A DNA stretch of 64,000 nucleotides from an uncultured Candidatus Saccharibacteria bacterium (GTDB taxonomy: Bacteria > Patescibacteriota > Saccharimonadia > Saccharimonadales > UBA10212). The position numbers were made by a program, and so were the translations under genes. Below are positions 1 through 8,775 of this stretch, piece by piece. Location: NCBI GenBank assembly GCA_964483315.1, contig CAZAAL010000002.1:8689-72688 (forward strand). The letters are read 5' to 3'. How positions within the stretch are numbered: the first letter of the stretch is position 1; each line of letters begins with the position of its first letter. The notes beneath the pieces were generated by a model. That model saw only the letters and a list, made by a program, of their open reading frames with translations, had not been told where the DNA came from and searched no databases.

Positions 1-1148
1 ATAAGACTGTTTATCAAGGACTGTACGATACCGCTTTAGGCCACTACGATTTGTATGTCCTTTTCTATGAAAGAGCCTTAAAGAGTCTAGTCAATGGAGG
101 TATATTAGCCTTTATTACAAGTAATAAGTGGATGGCTCAAAGTTACGGTTATGGTTTAAGAAAATTATTCTTAAGTAAACAAGTCCTTAAACTTTTAGAT
201 TTTTCAGCGCATCAAGTATTTGAGTCAGCTACAGTCGACACGCAAATCACAATAATTAAGAATGAAAATAAAGAACTTGACTATGAATTACTTGCTTATA
301 GACACGATAATACAAGCCCTCCGGATTTTGATAAATTGAATTATAGCTCATTAAACACTTCTATATTCAAACAAAATGATGAGTTAAATTTTAAGATTAA
401 TCTAACCGAGGATTCGGTGAAGATAATTAACAAAATAAACTCGAAGTCCATTCCTCTTGATGAAATTTTATATACAAGCAAAGGAGCTGAACTCCACAGC
501 ACCAAAAATAAAATAAAAAAAGAAGTTTACATCAAGGATGAATATGATGAGGGATTAGTAAATTATATTGAAGGTAAGTACTTTGAGAAGTATCGAATCA
601 AAGATAGGAAGTACTTAGATTATCAACCTACTAAACATAAAGCTCCGGTATTCCCTGAACTTTTTGAGTCAGAAAAAATCATAGTTAAGAACGTTGTTGG
701 GAGAGGCGGAATACACGCAATTTTAGATAAAGATAAACTGTATAATAATGATGCCCTAATTAATGCTGTACCGTACTTTGAACTTGCTAACCTAAATTAT
801 AGACAAATTACAAGTTCATTAACTGAAGATAAGATATTAGAGTCTAAGAAATATCCGTTGGAGTTTATCTTAGCAGTGATTAATTCTAAAGTATCAACTT
901 GGTACTTTATGCAGCTCTTTGCAAACGGTTTGCACTTTTACCCCAGACATCTGCGGAGTGTTCGAATTCCAAAAATTGAAGGTAATCAGGAAATAGTAAA
1001 CATAATTGTTGAATCGGTTAACGAGATACACAGGAGGATATCTAATGAAATGGACTTTAGTGATCTCGAAAAAACAATAGATTCTCACTTGTATGAGTTG
1101 TATAACCTTGACACTGAAGATGTAAAGCTAATTAGTGAGAGTCACTAA
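1..1148 (+). CDS. Type II N6-adenine DNA methyltransferase, Eco57I/TaqI-like (5' end outside the window)
   Basis: The frame stays open back to base 3 (KTVYQGLYDTALGHYD precedes the listed TTG), so the window edge truncates the gene. GHYDLYVLFYERAL...GGILAFITSNKWM and a long C-terminal target-recognition-like half fit gamma-class MTases. The NPPY motif would lie upstream of the window. The sequence is visibly AT-richer than its neighbours. Confidence 0.7.
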   Translation, partial: KTVYQGLYDTALGHYDLYVLFYERALKSLVNGGILAFITSNKWMAQSYGYGLRKLFLSKQVLKLLDFSAHQVFESATVDTQITIIKNENKELDYELLAYRHDNTSPPDFDKLNYSSLNTSIFKQNDELNFKINLTEDSVKIINKINSKSIPLDEILYTSKGAELHSTKNKIKKEVYIKDEYDEGLVNYIEGKYFEKYRIKDRKYLDYQPTKHKAPVFPELFESEKIIVKNVVGRGGIHAILDKDKLYNNDALINAVPYFELANLNYRQITSSLTEDKILESKKYPLEFILAVINSKVSTWYFMQLFANGLHFYPRHLRSVRIPKIEGNQEIVNIIVESVNEIHRRISNEMDFSDLEKTIDSHLYELYNLDTEDVKLISESH

Positions 1149-1151
1149 GAT

Positions 1152-1784
1152 ATGAGTCCTGAAGGGTTTCTTGAAAGAATCATTCGCCTCTATCAAGACG
1201 CTCGAGTATCCAAGTATGCCGACTCCAAAATTAGTAGAGGCAGATCACACTCAATCTCATCAGTCGTCGAAGATTTATTTGCGAGCTATCTGATACTGAA
1301 CGATAAAGAAATAGATAAAATTTTAGTTGATCAACCAGTTTTTATCGTAGGCACTAAATCTACTTTTTATCCGGATATTACAGTTGTGCGAAATGGCAAA
1401 ATTACTGCATTCTTTGACCTAAAGATGGACTTGGGCTGGAATCGTGATGGCCTAAGTAGCTTATGTGAGAAAGACAAAGAGTTAGTTGAAGCCATACGTT
1501 CAAAATCATGTACCTTTAAAGATGGGTCGACTAAGGAGCGTGGCACTTACGAAATATCTGATTCTGCTGTCTATGACATAGTGATAATTTCAGACCAAAA
1601 TATCGCAAAGCCGAAGCTAGAAGCACAGTTGAGTGAAGTAGATGCATTATCCGACTTTGTGAAAGTACACATTTTATCTCAGAATGAACATCCAAACACC
1701 TACGGGCTAGAGCCAGCTGAGTTGTTAGAAAAGATTGAAGTAAACATTAATGCGTTTATCGAACTTGCAGGCAGAATTAAATAA
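1152..1784 (+). CDS. Putative cognate type II restriction endonuclease (PD-(D/E)xK fold candidate)
   Basis: The ORF starts 3 nt after the MTase stop on the same strand. It contains TFYPD(75)ITVVRNGKITAFFD(89)LK(91), a PD...DxK arrangement with 14-aa spacing typical of PD-(D/E)xK nucleases. I recognised no other family. Confidence 0.5.
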   Translation: MSPEGFLERIIRLYQDARVSKYADSKISRGRSHSISSVVEDLFASYLILNDKEIDKILVDQPVFIVGTKSTFYPDITVVRNGKITAFFDLKMDLGWNRDGLSSLCEKDKELVEAIRSKSCTFKDGSTKERGTYEISDSAVYDIVIISDQNIAKPKLEAQLSEVDALSDFVKVHILSQNEHPNTYGLEPAELLEKIEVNINAFIELAGRIK

Positions 1785-1823
1785 CGTGGCATAGGTTGGT
1801 GAAGTTACTGGGACCGATTAAAA

Positions 1824-4364
1824 ATGAATGAATCTGCTAAAACCTACACAAAATACAAAAAAGACTTGTCGGACCTATACGATGCAAATATCTATATATC
1901 GAAAAACCAGCTTGAGAACATTAAATCTGTTAACTCCGGTGTAAGTCTTAACCTTTTTGTAGTAGTTAAAATCGCAGCGAATGAACTAGTAAAGCTGAGA
2001 TTGCCTAGCGCTGTTAATGTAATGCGTAATTATCGATACATTAAGAAAAAACTTTCTGTGCGCGTGTCTCATAATAGCGAGTTTATTGACAAGGAAAAAC
2101 AGAATAAATACACCATCGAAGGCAATTCACTTGATTATCAGCAAATTGAAGCAGTAGTTGCCTGTGAAGATGCAAACCTCGTACTAGCAGCAGCTGGTAG
2201 TGGCAAAACTTTGAGTCTTCTAGCGAAGATAAAATACATACACCAGGAACTAAAGATTCCTCTATCTAAAGTTCTCACAATTTCATTTACGAATAATACG
2301 ACGATTGAGCTTAAAGAAAGATTGAAGGACCTGGGACTTGATTCAGATGGAGTTCGTACATTTCACTCACTCGGAAACTGGATTCTAAAGGAGTCAAGTG
2401 GTAAGCAGAAGAAATTATTTCAAGATGATGCCATCAAGCGCTTTGTTACTAAGACTGTAAAGGAAATGCGTGAGAACGACGAATCTTTTGCACGTAAGTA
2501 CAACGACTATTTGCTTTACTACCACACTACACCAATCGACCCATTAGAAATTAAGGATGAAAAAGAAGCTATCAATTTCAATAAATCGTTCCTAAGAAAA
2601 ACACTTCAAAGTGTGTCCATGCAAAAGAAACTATACGATAAGTCCCGCCCAGCCCTAGCAGGTGAATACGTTAAATCGAAAGAAGAGCAAATCATAGCTA
2701 ACTTCTTGTTTATTAATCAAGTCCCATATGAATATGAAAAACAGTATCCCTACATGGATACAAAATATCGACCTGATTTTACAATTGAAGAATTTGATGA
2801 ACCGATTTATTTAGAACACTGGGGAATGGATAGAAGCGGCAAGGTCTCCCCTTTGAATGGTAACCCTACTACTTACGTAAAACGCAAAGCTTGGGCTAAG
2901 CATACACATGAAGTAAACAATACAATTTTAATTGAGTCTTTCAGCTATCAATGGCGCGAAGGTACACTGTTATCTCACATTGAAGCAGAATTAAAACGTG
3001 TTGGCGCTGAGCTAATACGAAGAAAAGAAACTGAAATTGCATCCCTTATAAATAAATCGTACCGACACGATATACGCTCCTTTGTAGAACTCTGTAATAC
3101 CTTCTTGAACTTGTTTAAAAATAGTGCCCTATCCCTTGAAGAGCTGGAGCAACGAATCAGCTCAATTGAGAGTGACTATCAGAGAGATCGTACTGAAAAA
3201 TTCTACGAAGTATTTAAGCCAGTTTATGAGTCATACCAAAATCACCTTTCTGAAAATAATCTCCAAGATTTTGCAGACATGATTAAACTCGCTACCAAGA
3301 AAATTCAGCAACTCCCAGAACGTTCCTTCGAGTTCGATTATATTCTCGTAGATGAAGTGCAAGACTTATCATTTGGCAGATTCTCGCTATTGAAATCTCT
3401 GCTGGACTCTAACCCTAATGCAAGATTGTTCTGTGTAGGAGACGACTGGCAATCAATATACAGGTTTACAGGAAGCGACCTTACCCTTATCCAGGACTTT
3501 GAATCGTTTTTCGACCGTGAAACTTACCGGAGCATGATTGAGCAAACACATCGATTTGGTGACCCAACGGTACAGCTTAGCGGTGATTTTATACAGAAAA
3601 ACCCTAAGCAATCTACCAAGAATGTCTTATTCGATCCTGCCAGAAACACGCCTATTAGCATCAACATCAATGATGAACTGACATCTAAGAATCGATCCGA
3701 GTGTATTGTTAGTAATTCAAAATACGAAGATCGTGTTGTTGATATTCGCGATGGCATGACTCTAAACAAGATTCTAGGCGAGCTTGCTGATGCACATGGA
3801 ATTGAACGCCTGAAAGAAAAAGAGATCCAGATCATTTCTCGTTATAACTGGGACATAGACAGAATTGCCAACCATCCTGCTTTCAGCATAGAAGAAGACA
3901 ACGACACTAAAGATATCAAGGTCTCATGGCAGCACCGTGGAAGCTCTGAGTCATTGGAATTGTACTACTCAACAATGCATAGAGCTAAAGGTCTTACACG
4001 CGACATGGTGTTTGTTTTAAACTGCAACGACGGTGCTGCTGGAATGCCAGCAACCCAAAATGACGACCCAGTCCTTGAACTTCTATTAGCGCATCCTGAT
4101 GGTTACCAATACTCTGAAGAAAGAAGACTTTTCTACGTATCAATTACTAGAGCAAAAGAAGTCACTTATCTTCTGGCAAACCCTGAAACACCCTCGCAAT
4201 TTTTGTTTGAGCTTGAGCCACAACTAGCCAACAGTGAGCGCAAAGTATGTCCTGTATGCAAAACAGGAGAGTTAGTGATCAGAAAATCTGTACGCGGACA
4301 GTTTGAGGGCTGCACTAACTTCAAACACGGCTGTACCTACACTTCTAATACTAATGTGTTTTAA
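1824..4364 (+). CDS. UvrD/Rep superfamily-1 helicase, helicase IV-like, with an embedded nuclease-like domain and a C-terminal zinc ribbon
   Basis: Walker A is AAAGSGKT. Other SF1 motifs are ILVDEVQDLS (II), GDDWQSIYRFTGS (III), TMHRAKGLTRDMVFVL and RRLFYVSITRAKE (VI). An insert reads KSKEEQIIANFLF..YEYEK...YRPDFTI..PIYLEHWG. The C-terminus is CPVCKTGELV...GCTNFKHGC, a topoisomerase-type C4 ribbon. Confidence 0.8.
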   Translation: MNESAKTYTKYKKDLSDLYDANIYISKNQLENIKSVNSGVSLNLFVVVKIAANELVKLRLPSAVNVMRNYRYIKKKLSVRVSHNSEFIDKEKQNKYTIEGNSLDYQQIEAVVACEDANLVLAAAGSGKTLSLLAKIKYIHQELKIPLSKVLTISFTNNTTIELKERLKDLGLDSDGVRTFHSLGNWILKESSGKQKKLFQDDAIKRFVTKTVKEMRENDESFARKYNDYLLYYHTTPIDPLEIKDEKEAINFNKSFLRKTLQSVSMQKKLYDKSRPALAGEYVKSKEEQIIANFLFINQVPYEYEKQYPYMDTKYRPDFTIEEFDEPIYLEHWGMDRSGKVSPLNGNPTTYVKRKAWAKHTHEVNNTILIESFSYQWREGTLLSHIEAELKRVGAELIRRKETEIASLINKSYRHDIRSFVELCNTFLNLFKNSALSLEELEQRISSIESDYQRDRTEKFYEVFKPVYESYQNHLSENNLQDFADMIKLATKKIQQLPERSFEFDYILVDEVQDLSFGRFSLLKSLLDSNPNARLFCVGDDWQSIYRFTGSDLTLIQDFESFFDRETYRSMIEQTHRFGDPTVQLSGDFIQKNPKQSTKNVLFDPARNTPISININDELTSKNRSECIVSNSKYEDRVVDIRDGMTLNKILGELADAHGIERLKEKEIQIISRYNWDIDRIANHPAFSIEEDNDTKDIKVSWQHRGSSESLELYYSTMHRAKGLTRDMVFVLNCNDGAAGMPATQNDDPVLELLLAHPDGYQYSEERRLFYVSITRAKEVTYLLANPETPSQFLFELEPQLANSERKVCPVCKTGELVIRKSVRGQFEGCTNFKHGCTYTSNTNVF

Positions 4365-4372
4365 TACCATAG

Positions 4373-5884
4373 CTATTTCCGTTTCCGCTCATCTAAATAC
4401 TTTATTGCGTAGTATTCATGATGCTCCCAGCCATGTGCGGTATGCATAGCCCAGCCAAATGACACTTCCCAGCGGACATTGGACTGGATGTAGTTTAAAC
4501 CCATCGACAAAGCGTCTGCCAGGTCGTCGTACTTTTCGACACCAAAGCCAACCAGCTGCTGTACCATTGGTGCTATTCTTCTATCCTTGGGGAAATAAAC
4601 CTTACCCATCTGAAACAGAGCACTAACAAGCTGTAGTCTGGCGCGTTTATCCGTATGTACTTTTACACCTTTTGCTTTAATATCTCGGCTATGTAGCTGC
4701 TCAGTGACCGCTGCCTGATATTGCACCGACTCTACCAGCACCATCGGCTCCTTTTTGCTTGCCGCGTTAAGTGCCTGGTAGATCTGCTCTATTCGGTTAA
4801 GCGTATCGAGATGTGTTATGCGCTCGTTTACGTACTGAATATCGATGTAGTAGCGCCTATCCTCAGTCTTATAGCCAAAGAGGTGGATTACCACAATTGC
4901 TGTCTTGTCTGCGGTATCGGACTGGGATATTGCTAGGTCAACCGACACAAATGAATTGATATATTCATTTTTCTTGGTGCGCTCTGGAAGTTCTTCGTAG
5001 TACTGAATCCACTTTGAATCGATAACCTGATCTTCGTCTGGAATTATCCGTAACATGTACTCTCGCTCCCATGATATTGGGTTGCCTATGGACCGCCTTA
5101 GCTTGTTTAGTGCTGCTTTGTCAGGATACTTACCAGGCCAAAGACTTTTGTTGCCACGCATAATCGGCCACTCATCGTAGCTGCCATCAACTTCGCGTTT
5201 ATCAATCCGCTCTTTAAGTCGCATCAACAGCGAATCTTCGTGTAGCAGGTTACCAACTGCAATTCGCTTGGTATTTGTATCACCCGCAGGGATTATCTCG
5301 CTGGTATACCAGTCAAATGTCTTGTTACGGCCTTCACGGGTCTTCACAGACGCCATATCTTCTACGTCATCGGCAATTATTAGATCAGGGCGATAGCGAC
5401 CGTGACGGATGCCACGGACACTTTGCTCCGTAGATATGGCCGTTATGCGAGCATTGTATTTAGGAATATAGAGTGATGTAGAACCCCACTCCTCACGCTG
5501 TTCTACAAATGGACCCATATCGTTCTTGAGTAGGTCATTGCTTTCCAGCTCACGCTTGATGTTCATTAGGTGAACCCTTGCTTGATACTGAGTTTGGCTG
5601 GCAATTAGCACAAATTTCTTCTGCTGTCTACCAAGCACAGCCCAAATTGGGTAGCTCATGGTCATGATAGTCGATTTGCCCGATCCCCGAAACGCTACGA
5701 CTACTGACAATGGATTGCTCTCATCTTCAGTTAGGGCAAAGAGCTGTCGGTGCAAGTCTGCTGTTTCATGAGTTAAATAGCCTGCAAAATATGTCGAAAA
5801 AAACCACTCGTGGCTCTGCGAAGTAACTGCTGTACGCAGCTCTCGATCTGTAAATAACTTCTCCTGTAATTCATTTGGTTCCAT
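4373..5884 (-). CDS. Phage terminase large subunit (TerL)
   Basis: Walker A is FRGSGKSTIMT and Walker B is PDLIIADDVED. The C-terminal half is RNaseH-like nuclease (SVDLAISQSDTADKTAIVV, YDDLADAL). Its start overlaps the TerS-like gene by 14 nt. Confidence 0.85.
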   Translation of the reverse strand: MEPNELQEKLFTDRELRTAVTSQSHEWFFSTYFAGYLTHETADLHRQLFALTEDESNPLSVVVAFRGSGKSTIMTMSYPIWAVLGRQQKKFVLIASQTQYQARVHLMNIKRELESNDLLKNDMGPFVEQREEWGSTSLYIPKYNARITAISTEQSVRGIRHGRYRPDLIIADDVEDMASVKTREGRNKTFDWYTSEIIPAGDTNTKRIAVGNLLHEDSLLMRLKERIDKREVDGSYDEWPIMRGNKSLWPGKYPDKAALNKLRRSIGNPISWEREYMLRIIPDEDQVIDSKWIQYYEELPERTKKNEYINSFVSVDLAISQSDTADKTAIVVIHLFGYKTEDRRYYIDIQYVNERITHLDTLNRIEQIYQALNAASKKEPMVLVESVQYQAAVTEQLHSRDIKAKGVKVHTDKRARLQLVSALFQMGKVYFPKDRRIAPMVQQLVGFGVEKYDDLADALSMGLNYIQSNVRWEVSFGWAMHTAHGWEHHEYYAIKYLDERKRK

Positions 5885-6287
5885 TTTCTTGGTCTCCCTC
5901 TTCTTTAATTAGTCCGGCTAAACGCAGAGCTTGTGATACAAGCTCGGTTTGCTCGGGTGTTAGTCCTTGTTGAACGCCTTCAATCTTGGCGTCAACTTCT
6001 ACGCGGTTGCGGTAGGCACGCCGGTGATGCTTCAGCCAAAACATGATTGCGGTCATGTTCTGATCTTTGATGGCGCTTATGAGCTGGCTTTCAGCCATGT
6101 CGCTAATTAGCCCAGCACTTTGATCAATAGCTTCGTCTACTGCATCGGCAAACGTTTCATCATCTTTACGCCAGCGATAAAAGGTACTGCGAGGGATGCC
6201 TGCTTGTTTGCAGGCAGCCTCCACAATTGGCGTACGTTTTAACTTGGCGAGTACTTTTGCCTTGTCTTTATCTTGATTCCGGCTCAT
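5871..6287 (-). CDS. Putative terminase small subunit / HTH DNA-binding protein
   Basis: The N-terminal HTH reads IVEAACKQAGIPRSTFYRWRKDDETFADAV. The gene lies immediately upstream of and overlapping TerL. Its 138-aa size fits TerS. Confidence 0.6.
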   Translation of the reverse strand: MSRNQDKDKAKVLAKLKRTPIVEAACKQAGIPRSTFYRWRKDDETFADAVDEAIDQSAGLISDMAESQLISAIKDQNMTAIMFWLKHHRRAYRNRVEVDAKIEGVQQGLTPEQTELVSQALRLAGLIKEEGDQENGTK

Positions 6288-7603
6288 GACAGCAGCTCTC
6301 GCTTTTGGCCTGTCAGCTTTTCCCAGCGTTTCAAAGCCACCTCGGCATATACTGGAGATTTCTCCATGATGTAACAGCGGCGCTTTAGCTTGGTGCTAGC
6401 AATTAATGTCGATCCGCTACCACAGAAGGGCTCAACCACTAGGTCGCCACGCTTTGTAAGTACTTTGATGTAAGGTATTAAGATCTCTAGTGGTTTAGTG
6501 CCGAATATAACACCTTGCCCTGAGTGTTTCTCGTCACTGGCCTGAAATTCAATAAAGTCAGTCGGCTGGTACTTCTTACCACCTTTGTAGCCCTCCCATT
6601 GGGGTTTACCGCTAATGGCGTACAGTGCAGTTTCGTACTCCTCTTGCAAACCATCAGTTTCTATATCGTGGTTGTACGGTACTGTGCCGCTACCCCCAAC
6701 CATAGCGATGTCATGCTTACTAAAGAACTTATATTTGGCACTAAAACCCTGGTGACGATTCGGCAAGTGCCAGACGATCATATTTTTGACCTTCCAGTAT
6801 TTTTCCATCTCAGCCCATATAACACGGAGGTTCTTCCAGTTTTCATAGACAATAATGCTGTAGTCGGGCTTGGCATACTTAGCTACATTCGCCATCCATA
6901 GCTCTGTAAAGTTGTCAGGCAGTTCGTCAGTCTCAAGGTAGCGGCGATTCTTTTTTGCACCGAAACCAGTTGTTGGCTTACCGCCACGCTTAGCATGCAG
7001 GTAATCTAAGATGTACGGAGGATCCGTACACGTCATGTCCGCCAGCTCGCCATTCATGAGCTTATCGAAATCCTCTGGTATGGTGCTGTCACCAACCATC
7101 AGTCGCGAATCACCAAGCTTATATACGTCGCCCTTTTTGGCTTTAACTTGCTTGATATCCAGCTTCTTGAGCTCTTTTTCAAGGTCGAAGTTTTCTGGCT
7201 CGTCTACTTCAATATCAAAGATGGTGTCTAGCTCCTCACTACTAAAGCCAATGTCATCTAGTAGTGATTCATCAAACTCGGACAGCAAATCCCAGTCCCA
7301 ATCACCTTGGTTCTTGTTGAGCCGGAGGTTTAGCTCACGCTCTTTTTCTTCCTCAGGTATATCAAGATACACCACTGGCACTTCAGTTAATCCCAGGTCT
7401 TTAGCCACCTTGAGACGGAAATGCCCACCAATTACGATGTTTTTGCGCTGTGATGAACCGTTGACTAGTATTGGATCTACCAACCCGAACCGTTTAATGC
7501 TTTCTGTTAACTGTTCGGTAGTGTCTTCGTTCCACGACCGTGGGTTATATTCGGACGGTTTTAGGTTGCCGATTTTCACCTGTTGAATTGATAAGTTACT
7601 CAT
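6284..7603 (-). CDS. ParB-like nuclease domain fused to an N4/N6 DNA methyltransferase (phage-type)
   Basis: The N-terminus has ParB motifs (EYNPRSW, GGHFRL). The middle has the catalytic motif TDPPY. The C-terminus has the SAM-binding motif FCGSGSTLIA. A 4-nt overlap links it to the downstream TerS-like gene. Confidence 0.85.
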   Translation of the reverse strand: MSNLSIQQVKIGNLKPSEYNPRSWNEDTTEQLTESIKRFGLVDPILVNGSSQRKNIVIGGHFRLKVAKDLGLTEVPVVYLDIPEEEKERELNLRLNKNQGDWDWDLLSEFDESLLDDIGFSSEELDTIFDIEVDEPENFDLEKELKKLDIKQVKAKKGDVYKLGDSRLMVGDSTIPEDFDKLMNGELADMTCTDPPYILDYLHAKRGGKPTTGFGAKKNRRYLETDELPDNFTELWMANVAKYAKPDYSIIVYENWKNLRVIWAEMEKYWKVKNMIVWHLPNRHQGFSAKYKFFSKHDIAMVGGSGTVPYNHDIETDGLQEEYETALYAISGKPQWEGYKGGKKYQPTDFIEFQASDEKHSGQGVIFGTKPLEILIPYIKVLTKRGDLVVEPFCGSGSTLIASTKLKRRCYIMEKSPVYAEVALKRWEKLTGQKRELLS

Positions 7604-7646
7604 AAACGTAATTCCTTTCTTGTTAGTTTGCGTTTACGAGCTCAAT

Positions 7647-7680
7647 TAAAAAGAATCCCACCGTTTTACGGCAGGACTCT
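7647..7680 (-). terminator. Rho-independent terminator (minus strand)
   Basis: The minus strand reads AGAGTCCTGCCGT-AAA-ACGGTGGGATTCT followed by TTTTT. That is a 13-bp stem including 3 G-U pairs. It lies just downstream of the 7703 stop. Confidence 0.7.
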
Positions 7681-7702
7681 TAAGGGTCTCTACTACTGTT
7701 AT

Positions 7703-8284
7703 TTAGATGGCGATAATACCATTTAAGGCTATGCCTTCAGTACGAACCAACACATAATCTAGCTGGTAGCCTTCTTGCTTGAGTTTATATTTCAAATCTT
7801 TAAAAGCCTTTATGCGATCACCAGATCCGATATGTTCCTGGATTTCTTCGTAGGTGACAACTTCTGAAATATGCATCAATAGCTTATGGAGAAATCTACC
7901 ACTTCGTGACCCTCGCGAATGAAGGCGAGGTAACACTTTGTTACCGAAAATAAACCGGCCGTATGGATCTATATCCGCTACTAAGTGCCGATCTAGCCGC
8001 TTAACCGGTGCTTCTGAAGGCGGTACTACATAGATTAGTGGTCGCCAACTAAAAACAGCTGTAACTACAGCCTTAATTCTATCCACGATAGCCTTAAAGG
8101 ACTTAGCTATCTGCTTCACGTGGTCGTTTAAAACCTCAAAAGCGCGTCGCATCGGAGCCAGTTGCTGCTGCAGCACTTTGGCGACAGTAGCCTGAGCGGC
8201 GAAAACACCGCTCATAGCTGACATGCTGCTGCCTAAGTTGAAAGCACTGGCCAATTTGATCTGAAGAATCTTATTTGCATCCAT
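7703..8284 (-). CDS. Hypothetical protein with a C-terminal winged-helix (OmpR/trans_reg_C-like) region
   Basis: The C-terminus FLHKLLMHISEVVTYEEIQEHIGSGDRIKAFKDLKYKLKQEGYQLDYVLVRTEGIAL resembles trans_reg_C. I prefer the ATG at 8284, which is preceded by GCGAGG, over the listed GTG at 8317. Confidence 0.45.
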   Translation of the reverse strand: MDANKILQIKLASAFNLGSSMSAMSGVFAAQATVAKVLQQQLAPMRRAFEVLNDHVKQIAKSFKAIVDRIKAVVTAVFSWRPLIYVVPPSEAPVKRLDRHLVADIDPYGRFIFGNKVLPRLHSRGSRSGRFLHKLLMHISEVVTYEEIQEHIGSGDRIKAFKDLKYKLKQEGYQLDYVLVRTEGIALNGIIAI

Positions 8285-8303
8285 ATCATTAGACCTCGCA
8301 ACT

Positions 8304-8615
8304 TTAACGAACCCCACAGGGTGGGTTATGGGCTTCCCGCACTAGGCTTTCAAGCGCCATTCGACTTGCATCATCACAGTAGTAGACTGAAGCGTACAGG
8401 CCATCAATAATATGCTGTTTCCATAAATGGGCACGATCGTGGCTGCCGACACGCGTCTTGACTGCGTGTGACTCGCCTGCGTCTATAACCTTGTGGTGAC
8501 TACCGGCGTTAGTTGATATTACATATACCCCAGATTGATCTTGGAGTGGATCAGTGGTCGGGTGCGGACCATCAAATTGGTATGCTCCCTGGTTTGTGTG
8601 AACTGTTAAGCTCAT
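8304..8615 (-). CDS. Small hypothetical protein, weakly GIY-YIG-like
   Basis: I prefer the start MSLTVH at 8615, which follows GAGGG. SGVYVIST...IDAGES..VKTRVGSHDR...E loosely recalls the GIY-YIG layout. This is a weak call. Confidence 0.3.
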   Translation of the reverse strand: MSLTVHTNQGAYQFDGPHPTTDPLQDQSGVYVISTNAGSHHKVIDAGESHAVKTRVGSHDRAHLWKQHIIDGLYASVYYCDDASRMALESLVREAHNPPCGVR

Positions 8616-8751
8616 TTTACCCTCACTTTTATTAGTTAGTAACTTGTTGTTTAAGTGTTTGTCTCTAGCGTCTCTCTTGCTGAGGCTTGCACTATATGTA
8701 GAGAATAACAACCCTTGTATACCCCGTCAATAGATAGGTTGAGGTATTTTT

Positions 8752-8763
8752 TACCATATGTTA
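8752..8763. promoter_or_regulatory. Candidate LexA (Cheo-like) operator TACCATATGTTA
   Basis: It matches 11 of 12 positions of the perfect palindrome TAACATATGTTA found upstream of uvrB. It lies inside a putative TTGAGG(8739)-17 nt-TAGTAT(8762) promoter of the LexA-like gene. Confidence 0.4.
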
Positions 8764-8775
8764 GTATTAGTTCAT

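Noticed and set aside
7011-7586. A plus-strand 191-aa Ser-rich ORF (and the ORF at 6524-6901)
   Set aside because: Both are antisense to the well-supported ParB-methyltransferase gene and have low-complexity composition. They are shadow ORFs.
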